Part shown: positions 17,550 through 27,385 of the stretch, piece by piece | Position numbering within the stretch: position 1 is the stretch's first letter | Layout of the letters: every line of letters begins with the position of its first letter | DNA from: an uncultured Gemmatimonadales bacterium | GTDB taxonomy: Bacteria; Gemmatimonadota; Gemmatimonadetes; Gemmatimonadales; GWC2-71-9 | Length of the DNA stretch: 64,000 bases | Direction: 5' to 3' | Assembly: GCA_963729985.1 (NCBI GenBank) | Contig: CAVSPJ010000001.1 | Span: 896,156 to 960,155, forward strand | The notes under the pieces: model-generated | What the model was told of the DNA's origin: nothing | Databases searched by the model: none | What the model saw: only the letters and a program-made list of their open reading frames with translations | Position numbers and translations under genes: made by a program

Positions 17550-20120
17550 ATGCCGAGTTTCCGCGGTCGCCGCGCGAGCCGCTCCATGCGGCTCACTCTG
17601 GTGCTGATTGGAGTCCCGCTCCCAGCCGTCACGGCGCAATCCAACGCCGACACGGCGGCGCCGCAGAAGACCACGAGCATCGCCGCCGGCCCGCAATACG
17701 ACACCGGGTGGCTCCACCGGCTCTTCTTCGGCAGTCTTTACCGGGATCTCTGGCGCACGCCGATCGAAGCGCCGATCCTCGATCTGGACCACTTCGCCGG
17801 CGGCCTCGAGGCCACCAAGCGGGGTGGCGGCCAGCAGACCAAGTCACTTCGCCTCAAGGGGGCCGACGGGAGGGAGTACCAGTTCCGTTCGATCGACAAG
17901 GATCCGGTGTCTACCCTCCCGCCGGCCCTGCGCTCGACCGCGGCGGCGGACGTCGTCCGCGACCAGACCAGCGCGGGACATCCGGTCGGCGCGGTGCTGG
18001 CCCCGCCGATCCTCGAGGCCGCGGGCGTTCTTCACGCCGCTCCGCGGGTGGTCATTCTTCCGAAGGACGAGCCTCGGCTCGGCGAGTTCGCCGGAGAATT
18101 CGGCGGGATGCTCGGTACCATCGAGGAGCGCCCCGAGGACGACGAGGGTGCCTCCTTCGCCGGAGCCAGCCAGGTGATCGGCACCGCCAAACTGCTGAAG
18201 GAGGTGGAGGACAGTCCCAACGACCGGGTCGAGGCACGGGCCTTCCTGACCGCACGGCTGGTGGACATCCTGATCGGCGACTGGGACCGCCACGTCGATC
18301 AATGGCGCTGGGCTCGGTTCGGCGACAGCACGCCCCGCCTGTGGTTTCCGATACCGCGCGACCGCGATCAGGCGTTCGTGCGCTACGACGGACTCCTGCT
18401 GACGGTCGCGCGGGCCAGCACGCCGCAGCTGGTGAACTTCGGGCCCAAGTTCGCCGGCATGCTGGGCCAGACCTGGAACGGGCGCGATCTCGACCGGTGG
18501 CTCCTCGTGCCCCTGGAGGTGCCGGTCTGGGATTCCGTTGCGGCGGCGCTCCAGTCGCGCCTGACCGACGAAGTGATCGAGTCGGCCGCGGCGCAATTGC
18601 CGCCGAGTTACATCCCCCTGGATTCCGCACGGCTGGCCGACGCCTTGAAGCACCGACGCGACGACCTGCCCGAGGTGGCGCGGCGGTACTACCGGCATTT
18701 GGTGGGCGAGGTGGAGGTGCACGCGACCGACCGGAACGATATCGCCGAGGTCCAGCGGGTGGACGGGAGGTTCACGGAGGTGTCGTTGGCGGTGATGGGC
18801 GAGAACGGTGAGGCCGATGAGCCGTACTTTCGCCGCCGGTTCGACCGGAAGGAGACCAAAGAGGTTCGGCTGATGCTGCACGGTGGCGCGGACCGGGTCC
18901 GGGTGTGGGGAGAGGGTGGTGGGGGTGTCCGGATCCGGGTACTGCCGGGGAAAGGCGACGACGTGGTCGTGGACTCCTCTCACGGTGGTAAAGTCACGCT
19001 GTACACCGAGGAGGCCGCCGATTCGGTGCTCCCCGGCCGGGACGTGGCCGTGAATCGAAAGCGCTACGCTCCGCCCGACACCGCCGTCCGCGACTGGGGC
19101 GATCGCTGGCTATCGGTCGTATGGCTCGCCGCGGGGCCGGACATCGGCATCTTCGGCGGGACCGGCATCTCGCTGACCCGGTTCGGCTTCCGCCACGATC
19201 CCTACGCGGCACGGTACCGCCTGCGCGCCGGCTGGTCTACCGGGGCCTCCACCGGCCGGGCCGACTTCAACGCGACCTGGATTCCGGAAAATTCGCGGCT
19301 TCGGGCGAACCTGCTCGCCCGGGCCTCGGGAATCGACGTGCTCCGGTTTCACGGGTTCGGGAACCAAGTGAGCGCGGGCGGGCCCGAGGAGTTCTACCGG
19401 GTGGACCAGGTGGACCTCACGCTGGGTCCGTCCCTCGCCTTTCCCGTGGGGAAGGTTGCCCAGCTCAGCTTCGGTCCGCGGCTCCGCTACTCGTCCACCG
19501 ACTTCGACCAAAACCGCTTCCTCACTCCGCTCACCTACGGCGCGGGCAATTTCGGCATGCTGGGAGCTAGCGGCCGGTTCCAGCTGGAGACCCGAAACAA
19601 GTCGCTGGGGGCGACTCGCGGGCTGACTCTGGAGGTGGGCGGCGGCTATTTCCCCTCGATACTGGATGTGGAGGATCCCTTCGGGGAGGTCCATGCCGAG
19701 GCGTCCACCTTCGTCACCTCGCCGAGCCTGCCGCTCCAGCCCACGCTGGCCCTGCGAGCAGGCGGCAAACGTGTGTGGGGCCGGTTTCCGTTCCAGGAGG
19801 CGGCGTATATCGGCGACGCCGGCACCGTGCGACTGGGCCGGCAGAATCGGTATGCTGGCGACGCCTCGGTCTACGCGGGGAGCGAGCTCCGGCTGTTCCT
19901 GACCCGGTTCTACTTTCTGGCACCGGCTGATTTCGGGGTGCTCGGTCTGGCCGATGTAGGGCGGGTCTATCTCGACGGAGAGGAGTCGGACCGATGGCAT
20001 GCCGCGGGCGGCGGCGGCATCTGGGCATCGTTCCTCGACCGCTCCTACATGGTCAGCCTGTCCCTCGCGAAGAGCGCCGAACGGACCGCGCTGTACTTCA
20101 GGATCGGGTCGGGTTTCTGA
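17550..20120 (+). CDS. large outer-membrane protein with an Omp85/BamA-like C-terminal beta-barrel
   Basis: 856-aa ORF with a signal peptide. The C-terminal 350 aa are Gly/aromatic beta-strand-rich and end ALYFRIGSGF (terminal Phe). Confidence 0.55.
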   Translation: MPSFRGRRASRSMRLTLVLIGVPLPAVTAQSNADTAAPQKTTSIAAGPQYDTGWLHRLFFGSLYRDLWRTPIEAPILDLDHFAGGLEATKRGGGQQTKSLRLKGADGREYQFRSIDKDPVSTLPPALRSTAAADVVRDQTSAGHPVGAVLAPPILEAAGVLHAAPRVVILPKDEPRLGEFAGEFGGMLGTIEERPEDDEGASFAGASQVIGTAKLLKEVEDSPNDRVEARAFLTARLVDILIGDWDRHVDQWRWARFGDSTPRLWFPIPRDRDQAFVRYDGLLLTVARASTPQLVNFGPKFAGMLGQTWNGRDLDRWLLVPLEVPVWDSVAAALQSRLTDEVIESAAAQLPPSYIPLDSARLADALKHRRDDLPEVARRYYRHLVGEVEVHATDRNDIAEVQRVDGRFTEVSLAVMGENGEADEPYFRRRFDRKETKEVRLMLHGGADRVRVWGEGGGGVRIRVLPGKGDDVVVDSSHGGKVTLYTEEAADSVLPGRDVAVNRKRYAPPDTAVRDWGDRWLSVVWLAAGPDIGIFGGTGISLTRFGFRHDPYAARYRLRAGWSTGASTGRADFNATWIPENSRLRANLLARASGIDVLRFHGFGNQVSAGGPEEFYRVDQVDLTLGPSLAFPVGKVAQLSFGPRLRYSSTDFDQNRFLTPLTYGAGNFGMLGASGRFQLETRNKSLGATRGLTLEVGGGYFPSILDVEDPFGEVHAEASTFVTSPSLPLQPTLALRAGGKRVWGRFPFQEAAYIGDAGTVRLGRQNRYAGDASVYAGSELRLFLTRFYFLAPADFGVLGLADVGRVYLDGEESDRWHAAGGGGIWASFLDRSYMVSLSLAKSAERTALYFRIGSGF

Positions 20121-20138
20121 GGGGCATCGGGCACGGGA

Positions 20139-21524
20139 TCAGTACCCGGTCAGACTCGGCTCCGGCCCGTTTTCCAGGAGGTCGGCCAGGCGGCCCAATC
20201 CGTCCTCCAGCCGCCGGCGGCTCGCGGTAGCACCGAGACAGACGCGCACCGCGTGCGGCGCGATCTCCCGTCCGACCACGAACTCCTCCGAAGGACTCAC
20301 CACTACCTGTTGCGCCCGGGCCTGGGTGACGAACTCCTCGGTGCGCCAGGGCTCGGGCAGCGGGAGCCAGAGGTGAAAGCTGGGCGACGCCGTCGGCGGA
20401 AGCCACCGGCCCAGGACGCGGAGCGCGGCCGCATGGCGCGCGGAGGTTTCCTCCCGCTTCCAGGCCACCATCGCCTCTGCGTCGCCGCGCTCGATCCATT
20501 CACTGGCCAACTCGGCGAGCAGCGGCGCGATGAGCCAGGTGCTCGCTCGGATCACTCCGGCGACCCGGTCCACCCGCGATTCCGGCGCCACCACGTAGCC
20601 GATGCGCAGCCCGGGCGCCAGGCTCTTCGAGGTACTGGTGATGTAGTAGGCGTGTTCGGGATCGATGGCGGTGAGCGGGGGAAGCGGATCGGGGGGTAGA
20701 AAGCCGTAGACATCGTCCTCGATCAGCGCGACCTCGTATCGGGCGGCGATCTCGGCGATGGCCTGCCGCCGGGCGAGCGGCATGGTGCGGGCGGTGGGAT
20801 TGTGCAGCGTCGGGATACAGTAGAGTGCCCGCGGCGCGTAGTTCCGGCAGGCCGCTTCGAACGCGTCGGGGATCAGGCCGTGAGCGTCGAGCGGCAGGCC
20901 GCGGAGCTGAAGGTGCAGCAGGCTCGCGATCGCCTTCAGGCCGGTATAGGTGACCTGCTCGGTGAGCACCAGGTCGCCCGGCTTCGCCAGCGACGCCAGC
21001 ACGGTGGCGGCGCCGTGCTGGGCGCCGCTGGTGATGATCACGCGCTCGGGCGCCACGGCCAGGCCGGTGCGCCCAAGCCAGCGGGCCCCCATCTCACGAT
21101 GCCGAGCCATGCCCGGGGCCGGCTGATAGAAATCCATCAGCCGGTCGAGGTCGGGCCGGCGGGCGAGCGTCTGTAGCACCTCCGCGACCGAGCCGACGCG
21201 CGGGTCCCGAACCAGCCGGCTCTTGCTCAAGTCGATGACGTCGGGATCCTCTTCCTCCGTGCCCGCCTCGACACCGGGCTCGGGCCCGCGCACGAACGTC
21301 CCCCGTCCCACCTCCCCGCTCACCATCCCCCGCTGTTCCGCGACCGCATACGCGCGCCCCACCGTACCGATAGCGACTCCGAGACGTTGGGCGAGGTCGC
21401 GCTGGGTGGGGAGTCGGGTGCCAGGGGTGAGCATGCCGGAGCCGATATCGCGCCGGAGGGCGTCGAGCAGCGCCTGGTACTTGGGCTCGGCATGGGGAGC
21501 GAGGGCCGGGTTCCACATTGTCAT
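20139..21524 (-). CDS. MocR/PdxR-type regulator (GntR HTH fused to a PLP aminotransferase-like domain)
   Basis: 461-aa ORF. N-terminal [31 protein letters not shown] (GntR wHTH), followed by a fold-type-I aminotransferase body with TSTSKSLAPGLRIGY (PLP lysine motif). Confidence 0.85.
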   Translation of the reverse strand: MTMWNPALAPHAEPKYQALLDALRRDIGSGMLTPGTRLPTQRDLAQRLGVAIGTVGRAYAVAEQRGMVSGEVGRGTFVRGPEPGVEAGTEEEDPDVIDLSKSRLVRDPRVGSVAEVLQTLARRPDLDRLMDFYQPAPGMARHREMGARWLGRTGLAVAPERVIITSGAQHGAATVLASLAKPGDLVLTEQVTYTGLKAIASLLHLQLRGLPLDAHGLIPDAFEAACRNYAPRALYCIPTLHNPTARTMPLARRQAIAEIAARYEVALIEDDVYGFLPPDPLPPLTAIDPEHAYYITSTSKSLAPGLRIGYVVAPESRVDRVAGVIRASTWLIAPLLAELASEWIERGDAEAMVAWKREETSARHAAALRVLGRWLPPTASPSFHLWLPLPEPWRTEEFVTQARAQQVVVSPSEEFVVGREIAPHAVRVCLGATASRRRLEDGLGRLADLLENGPEPSLTGY

Positions 21525-21540
21525 AGGTACAATGTTTCAT

Positions 21541-21569
21541 TTGACTCTATACAAGTCAATAGCAATATT
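21541..21569 (+). promoter_or_regulatory. candidate EamA promoter overlapping a TTGACT-N7-AGTCAA palindrome (candidate MocR operator)
   Basis: TTGACT (21541-21546), 17-nt spacer, AATATT (21564-21569). The palindrome spans 21541-21559 in an unusually AT-rich 77-bp divergent intergenic region with repeated CAAT. Confidence 0.4.
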
Positions 21570-21601
21570 GGGCAATCAATGGATTGAACACTGAGGCCGC
21601 C

Positions 21602-22609
21602 ATGAGCACCAGCAACCTGCCACGCCAAGCCACCCCCGCGGCCGCCTCCTCGAGTACCCCCGCCCCCGAGCGGGCGGCGCCGCGGCCGCCGCTCCGGATT
21701 TCTCGGCCGCGGGTCCCTCCGACCAGCGCCGGCTACAAGGCCATCATCGCCTTTGCCGGCCTGTGTGCCATCTGGGGATCCACCTGGCTCGCGATCAAGG
21801 TCGGTCTTCGAGACCTGCCCCCGATCAGCTTCGCGGGGATTCGCTTCGCCCTCGCGGCCTTGATTCTCTATGGCATCGTGGTGGCCCGCGGGCTCCGCCT
21901 GCCCTGGGCGGGACGAGACTGGCGGCTGTTGCTGTGGACCGGATTCCTGTCCATCACCATCAACTACGCCCTGGTGTTCTGGGCGGAGCTGCATATCTCC
22001 TCGGGACTCGCCGCGGTGCTGAACGCCACGATACCCCTCTTCGGATTGCCGCTCGCCCACCGCGCGCTCGCCGCCGAGCCGATGACCCCCTATAAGGTGT
22101 CGGGCGTCGTCCTCGGCCTGCTCGGTGTCGCCATCGTGTTCGGCTCCGAGCTCGGGGGGAACAGCCCGTGGGCAGGCTGGGCCGGTGCCGGCGTGCTGGT
22201 GGCTTCACTCGCCGGGGCGCAGGCCGGCGTGCTGATAAAGGCCAAGGGCACCCACCTAGACCCGGCGGTACTCGCCGGCGTGCAGATGGCAGCGGGCTCG
22301 ATGCTGCTGCTCGCGGCGGGAGCCGCCCTCGAGGGCAATCCCATCCGGTTCCACTGGACCCCCACCGCGCTGCTCTCGCTGGCTTACCTGACGGTGGTCG
22401 GTTCGGTCATCGCGTTTCTGGCGTATTACTGGCTGATACGGCACACCGACGTGACACGGGTATTGCTCATTCCGCTGATCACGCCGCTGGTGGCGGTCGG
22501 CTTGGGCGTGCTGTTCCTGGGAGAGCGTGTGGCGTGGGGAACCGCCGTGGGCGGGGCGGCGATCCTTGGCGGCGTGGGGCTGGCGGTATGGAACGGAGGG
22601 CGTCGTTGA
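21602..22609 (+). CDS. EamA/DMT superfamily transporter
   Basis: ORF 21584..22609 with TTG start; ATG at 21602. Ten hydrophobic helices; duplicated EamA halves (AIWGSTWLAIK... and YLTVVGSVIAFLAYYWLI). Confidence 0.8.
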   Translation: MSTSNLPRQATPAAASSSTPAPERAAPRPPLRISRPRVPPTSAGYKAIIAFAGLCAIWGSTWLAIKVGLRDLPPISFAGIRFALAALILYGIVVARGLRLPWAGRDWRLLLWTGFLSITINYALVFWAELHISSGLAAVLNATIPLFGLPLAHRALAAEPMTPYKVSGVVLGLLGVAIVFGSELGGNSPWAGWAGAGVLVASLAGAQAGVLIKAKGTHLDPAVLAGVQMAAGSMLLLAAGAALEGNPIRFHWTPTALLSLAYLTVVGSVIAFLAYYWLIRHTDVTRVLLIPLITPLVAVGLGVLFLGERVAWGTAVGGAAILGGVGLAVWNGGRR

Positions 22610-22621
22610 GCCCTCCGTTCC
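22590..22621. terminator. 12-bp perfect hairpin between convergent genes (possible bidirectional terminator)
   Basis: GGAACGGAGGGC-gtcgttga-GCCCTCCGTTCC overlapping the EamA stop codon. No U-tract. Confidence 0.4.
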
Positions 22622-22628
22622 ATCGGGG

Positions 22629-23653
22629 TCAGGCGGCGGAGTCGCCCGCGCTACGGGAGGGGCGCGTCTCCACCTGCCGCTTGAGCCAGTCGATCTGATC
22701 CTTGATGGTCTGGCGCGTGGCCCTGGTCGCCAGCCACTCGAGCGCGCGGCGGCGCTCGTCCTCGGAGAACACCGGCGATTCGGCGAGCCGCTGGTAGAAG
22801 GCCACCTGTTTGTCGGTGGGGGCATAGGGGCCGACTCGGCCAACCGGCGCGGCAGGCGGGCGACGTGCGCCGATCGGTGACGCAGCCGCCTTCGCCGAGT
22901 CGGGGACCGTTCGCGCCTGGGCCTGGGCATCCACCAATCGGGTCTGGCCGCCGCGCCGGGCGGAGGCGATCACCTGGGCTCGGACGCTCCCGGGGATCAG
23001 CCGGAATCGGGCGTTCCGGGCGGCTTTCATCGCACCCGGCCTCGTACCAATGCGGGTTGAGCTGCGGGCCACGCTGCGCCCCGACTGCCTCGCCCGCCAG
23101 AATGCGCCGAACGAAGTCGCGGATCTCCGCCTCGTCGAAGTTGTTCCGCCATCCAGACGCAGATAGTCCCGCCCTTCGGCGAATGCCAGCAGCTCGCGGT
23201 AGGTCTTGCCGCGATATTTCCTGCCCGGGGACGCGGGAGTCGAGCTCGAGCTGCGCCGGCTCGTAGTAGAGCGGCTGCCGCTTCACGCCGATCACCTGAT
23301 CGAGGCGGACCTCCTGCCCCGCCGGGGAGACGGCGAACCGCGCCGCCTTCACCTTGAACAGCGCCTCACGGTCCTCGCCCTCGCCGATCAACTCGTACTG
23401 CAGGTCCTCCTCGCGAATCACCTGTCCCTGGGCGACCAGCGCCATGCAGCACTCGTCCACCCCGGTCTTGCTCAGCCCGACGACTTCCTGGCCGCCCTCC
23501 TTCACGACGTACACCAGCTCGGTGGCGGCGACTCCATCCAGCTCCCGCCGGAGAGCCTCTTCGTCCATCCGATCCATCAACTGAAACGGGTCCCACCGAG
23601 GGGCCGCCGGCACCGCCGGGGCCTCCGCAGGGATGACGCATCGCTTCCGACAT
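22629..23653 (-). pseudogene. accessory-type hypothetical protein, frame-broken about 4 times as sequenced
   Basis: ATG 23653 is preceded by AGGAG. The conserved-looking segments lie in three frames:
- PRWDPFQLMDRMDEEALRREL...VKRQPLYYEPAQLELD
- GRKYRGKTYRELLAFAEGRDYLR
- NNFDEAEIRDFVRRILAGE
- AMKAARNARFRLIPG...PTDKQVAFYQRLAESPVFSEDERRRALEWL
Joins fall near 23630, 23215, 23160 and 23035. Confidence 0.45.
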
Positions 23654-23923
23654 GTCCGTCTCCTGCTAGTGAAGTTCACGGGCCGGTCGAGCGCCCGGTA
23701 TTCGGACTCATCCAGAGCTTCGAGATCCCACCTGACCTGCACTTGTAAATCGAAATCTAGCAACGGGTTAGCCTATGTCAACGGACCCTATGTCGGCGCC
23801 TGTCATGGACTTAGGGAACCCGGTTTCGGGTTTGATTCGGGGAAGGGGGTAAGCGGGGAATAGCGGAGAGGGACCGGCACGGCGCCAGCCCCTCTCAAGC
23901 AGGTGGGTCCAGCTCCCTGCGGA

Positions 23924-24106
23924 TTACTCATCATCTCTCTGGTTCTTGTAGAGCCAATACTCCGGGCCTGCGAGGCTCTCGGGCCAATCGTCCAGGTGGA
24001 GATCCCCCCGCCAGGCCTCGGTGTCGGCCGGCTCCCATTCCCCGTCCGGCGTGTCCCAGGGCAGATCTCCTTCTCCTTCCCAGGGTCGCCCGTCCTGTAG
24101 GCTCAT
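23924..24106 (-). CDS. small acidic Trp-rich hypothetical protein (60 aa)
   Basis: ATG 24106 is preceded by GAGGAG at 6-nt spacing. MSLQDGRPWEGEGDLPWDTPDGEWEPADTEAWRGDLHLDDWPESLAGPEYWLYKNQRDDE. Confidence 0.45.
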   Translation of the reverse strand: MSLQDGRPWEGEGDLPWDTPDGEWEPADTEAWRGDLHLDDWPESLAGPEYWLYKNQRDDE

Positions 24107-24392
24107 AACCCGCTCCTCGGTTGGTCTTCCGGAACCCTCCGTGCTTCCTTGACGAGCAAATGCCGGGCCGGACGACTCGGTTCCCCGGTTTCCGGGGGTC
24201 GACCAGCCCCCGAGGGGCGCACGGCGCCGGAAGACCGAGACGAGTATCGGGGGATGGTGCCTGGGCCGAAGTGGGATCGGTCACAGTAGCCCCCGGCGGC
24301 GGGCGAGACACAGCTGTCTCCGGTTGGCGACCGACCTGCCCAATGGACCTACCATGTTGCAGACGGCCCCACTACAATTCCGTCCCGCATGA

Positions 24393-24466
24393 CGGGACGT
24401 GGCGCAGCCCGGTAGCGCACTGCAATGGGGTTGCAGGGGTCGCGGGTTCAAATCCCGCCGTCCCGA
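24393..24466 (+). tRNA. tRNA-Pro(GGG)
   Basis: Acceptor CGGGACG/CGTCCCG, D-arm GCGC-AGCCCGGTA-GCGC, anticodon stem CTGCA/TGCAG, loop ATGGGGT, T-arm GCGGG-TTCAAAT-CCCGC. TACAAT lies 14 nt upstream. Confidence 0.9.
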
Positions 24467-24557
24467 TGGGCACAGAGCCGACCTCACCTGGTCGGCTTTG
24501 TCGTAGCCGGATTCCCTCCTGGGATCGACCAACCATCTTCATCGAGGTTCACCATGC

Positions 24558-25006
24558 GTGGCTCCAGCACTGGCTCTGCTTGCGCTCTTTCTTTCAGCCT
24601 GCGGCGGTGATGGCGAGCCGAAGGCGGACGCCGCGAGCGCCGAGTATCGAGATCGATTCGGCCGCCCTCACCAAGACCGCCTCCGGCCTGCGGTACCAGG
24701 ACGTCGTCACCGGCACCGGACCCGGTGGCGGAGCCGGGTCAGACCGCGGTGGTCCACTACACCGGATGGCTGACCGACGGGACCAAGTTCGACAGCAGCC
24801 GGGACCGGGGGCAGCCCTTCTCCTTCCCGCTCGGCGGCGGCCAGGTGATCGCCGGATGGGACGAAGGGGTGGCCGGGATGAAGGTGGGAGGGCGCCGCAA
24901 GCTGGTGATTCCACCCGACTTGGGGTACGGGCCCATGGGCAGCCCGCCGGTCATTCCCGCCTCGGCGACCCTGGTGTTCGACGTGGAGCTGCTGGAGCTG
25001 AAGTGA
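24558..25006 (+). pseudogene. FKBP-type peptidyl-prolyl isomerase lipoprotein; two frame breaks as sequenced
   Basis: Three segments in different frames: signal/lipobox [15 protein letters not shown], then [27 protein letters not shown], then [25 protein letters not shown]...VIAGWDEG...[11 protein letters not shown]. Joins are near 24637 and 24727. Confidence 0.85.
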
Positions 25007-25158
25007 GATGGATCACAGCCGGTTGCGGGTCGGATGGCCTAAGCTAGGACGCTGTTTTCCGTTCACCATCCGCAGACGATCTCACCGGCTGGGGGCCTCC
25101 GGGGTCCGCACGTCAGCCGCGTCTGCAGGGATCATCAGCCTGAGAAAAGGGGGAGCCG

Positions 25159-25831
25159 ATGTTTACTCGTCAGGGCCGCCGGACAGCGATGACGGTCGGT
25201 GCGCTCGCGATGGTGGTCGGACTGGCCGGTTGCGCCGCCAAGGTGAAGCAGGAGGACTTCAACAGCGAGGTGGCGAAGCTACGCCAGGAGATGCAGTCCG
25301 GCGACCAGGCGGTGGCGGCCCGGCTCGATTCCACCAACCAGGCGGTGGCCCAGCAGAACGCCCGGATCGACGCCCTCGAGCAGGAGCTGCAGGCGTTCCG
25401 CAGCGAGTACACCGTGAGCATCGAGAAGGTGCGCGGGATGCTGAAGTTCAACGTCCCGGTCCACTTCGAGTTCGACAGCAGCGAGCTGCGCGAGGCCGAT
25501 CGTCCGGTGCTCGACCGGTTCGCCTCGGTCGTCTCGGAGTACTACCCCGGCGCGCTGGTGACGGTCGAGGGCTTCACCGATCCGTCCGGCAGCGCCGCGC
25601 TACAACCTGCAGCTCGGCCGCCGGCGCGCCGATGCGGTCAAGGAATACCTCGCGACCGCGGGTGGGTTCGGGGCCGACAACCTCAAGGCGGTCAGCTACG
25701 GTGAGGTCCGCAACCGGCAGGTGGTGCCGGGCGCGAAGGGCCCGGGAGACAGGGGCATCGAGAACCGCCGCGTCGCCCTGGTGATCGACCACGCCGCGAT
25801 CGCCACCGACGAGGTCGCGCTCACGCCCTGA
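25159..25831 (+). CDS. OmpA-family (peptidoglycan-associated) lipoprotein; one frame break
   Basis: Lipobox LAGC, a coiled-coil segment, then FEFDSSELREADRPVLDRFASVV...VEGFTDPSGSAA. The frame shifts near 25599 into YNLQLGRRRADAVKEYL...ENRRVALVI, ending at TGA 25829-25831. Confidence 0.85.
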
Positions 25832-25834
25832 CGC

Positions 25835-26717
25835 TCAGCGCGTGTCGTGATCAGGATCGCGATCGTGGTCGCGGTCCCGTGCGCCCCGGGAACTCCCGGG
25901 GCGCACGAGTTCTATGGACCCCTGAAACGATTCCAGCGTCATCTGCGCGCTGCCGGTGCCGAGGGTGAAGCTGAACCGCTTGCCCTTGCGGGTCTCGGTG
26001 AGCGTCACCGGGAACTCCGAGGCGAATTCGCCGTTGAAGGTCGAGACCGACACGGCGGCGTTGCTGCCCTCCGGCACGGTGACGGTGATGTCCCCGTTGT
26101 GGGTCGAGAATGCGTAGCGGCCGCCGTTCCTGATGGGGCCGTCGTACGTCAGGTCGCCGTTGACCGAGCTGGACATCACGCTGGTCGCGTCCACCTTGCT
26201 CAGCGTGATGTCTCCGTTCACGGTTTCCGCGGTCACCTCGCCCGAGCTGTTGCGGATGCTCACGTCCTCGTTCACCGAGTGAACCTCCAGCCGTCCCTTG
26301 GCGCCCTTGAGCGCGACGCTGCCCTGGACCGACTGCAGCGACACGAGGCCGTCGCCCCCCTCGACGTCCACGTCGCCCTGCACCGTCTCCACCGAGATGG
26401 GGCCGCGGGCGCCGACCACGGTCACGTCGGTGTTCACGCCGGACAGGTCGAGCGGCATCCACGCGGGCGCCGTGATCACGCAGGTCCACCATCCGGGGCG
26501 CGCCCCGTTGTCCCACCGTCCGGACGCTGATCGAGCCGGGAGCGCGGTCGATCTCCACCCTGGTCCGGCCGTCGGGGTCCGCCTCCACCCGCACCGCGTT
26601 CCGGGACCAGGCCTTCACGGTGATGTCGCCCGCGTAGGCGCTGACCTCGAGCCGCTGTCCCCGTTCCGCCGGAACGGTCGAGTCGATCTGTTGGAGCAGG
26701 GCGAGTAGCAGAAGCAC
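25835..26717 (-). CDS. DUF4097-like beta-strand repeat protein (putative adhesin fold); one frame break
   Basis: GTG 26717 with an AAGGA SD. N-terminal part lies in frame of ORF 25851..26717 and the remainder in ORF 25835..26479, joining near 26480. Repeats of the type GDV.V....G.V.L.SV.G.V. Confidence 0.6.
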
Positions 26718-26729
26718 GTCCGGGTCCTT

Positions 26730-27377
26730 TCAGCTCACGGCGGAGACCAGCGCCGCGGCCTGCCGGAGCAGGTCGATCTTGCGCCGCATCGTCTCGGCCA
26801 GGTGGGTATTGAGGTAGACGTTGGCGGAGTCGGCCGCCACCGCGCGGCGGGCCTGCGCGATCGCCCGGTCGATGAGGGCCAGGTTCTGCTCCAGCACCCG
26901 CACCGTCGTGGTGTCGAGCCGGCCTCGGCCCTCGGCCAGGACCCGCTCGAGGTCGTCCACGGCGGAGTCGTAGCTCCGTCCGGCACCGCCCGCGGCCGCG
27001 ACCGGCGCGACCGGCCGGGGCCGCGGTATTGCCCGGGACCGCCGCGACCCCCGCCGGGCCGGGATGCAGCAGCCAGGCGCCGCCTCCCGAGAGGACCGCG
27101 AGGGCGATCCCGGCGGCCAGCAGCTGGGGCACCGAGAAGGTGATCCGGCGGCGGCGCGGACCGGCGCCGATCCGCGCCGCGACGCCGGACCAGAGATCGC
27201 GCGCGGGCGGCCGGTCCTCGAGCGACCGCGCCCGCGTGCCACGATCCGGCGCAGGCCGGCCAGCGTCTCCGCGCAGGCCGCGCAGGACTCCAGGTGCGCC
27301 TCGAGCGCCGCCTCCTCCGCGTCGGTCAGGTCGCCGTCCAGATACTCGGACAGCCGTTCGGTCCACTGGTCGCTCAT
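26730..27377 (-). pseudogene. anti-sigma factor (zf-HC2 type, single TM); two frame breaks as sequenced
   Basis: [39 protein letters not shown] segment [22 protein letters not shown] lies in a second frame and the C-terminal helical part is back in the first. Joins near 27240 and 27000. AGGAG lies 8 nt before the ATG. Confidence 0.7.
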
Positions 27378-27385
27378 CGTGTCTC

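Noticed and set aside
24381-24399. CGTCCCG-catga-CGGGACG inverted repeat at the 5' end of tRNA-Pro as a possible att-site or integration scar
   Set aside because: The match to the tRNA 3' acceptor strand is only 7-8 nt, the repeat sits on the wrong (5') side for typical tRNA-targeted integration, and there is no integrase nearby.
24121-25047. 308-aa plus-strand ORF
   Set aside because: It runs straight through tRNA-Pro and across the three frames of the FKBP gene, so it is not coding.
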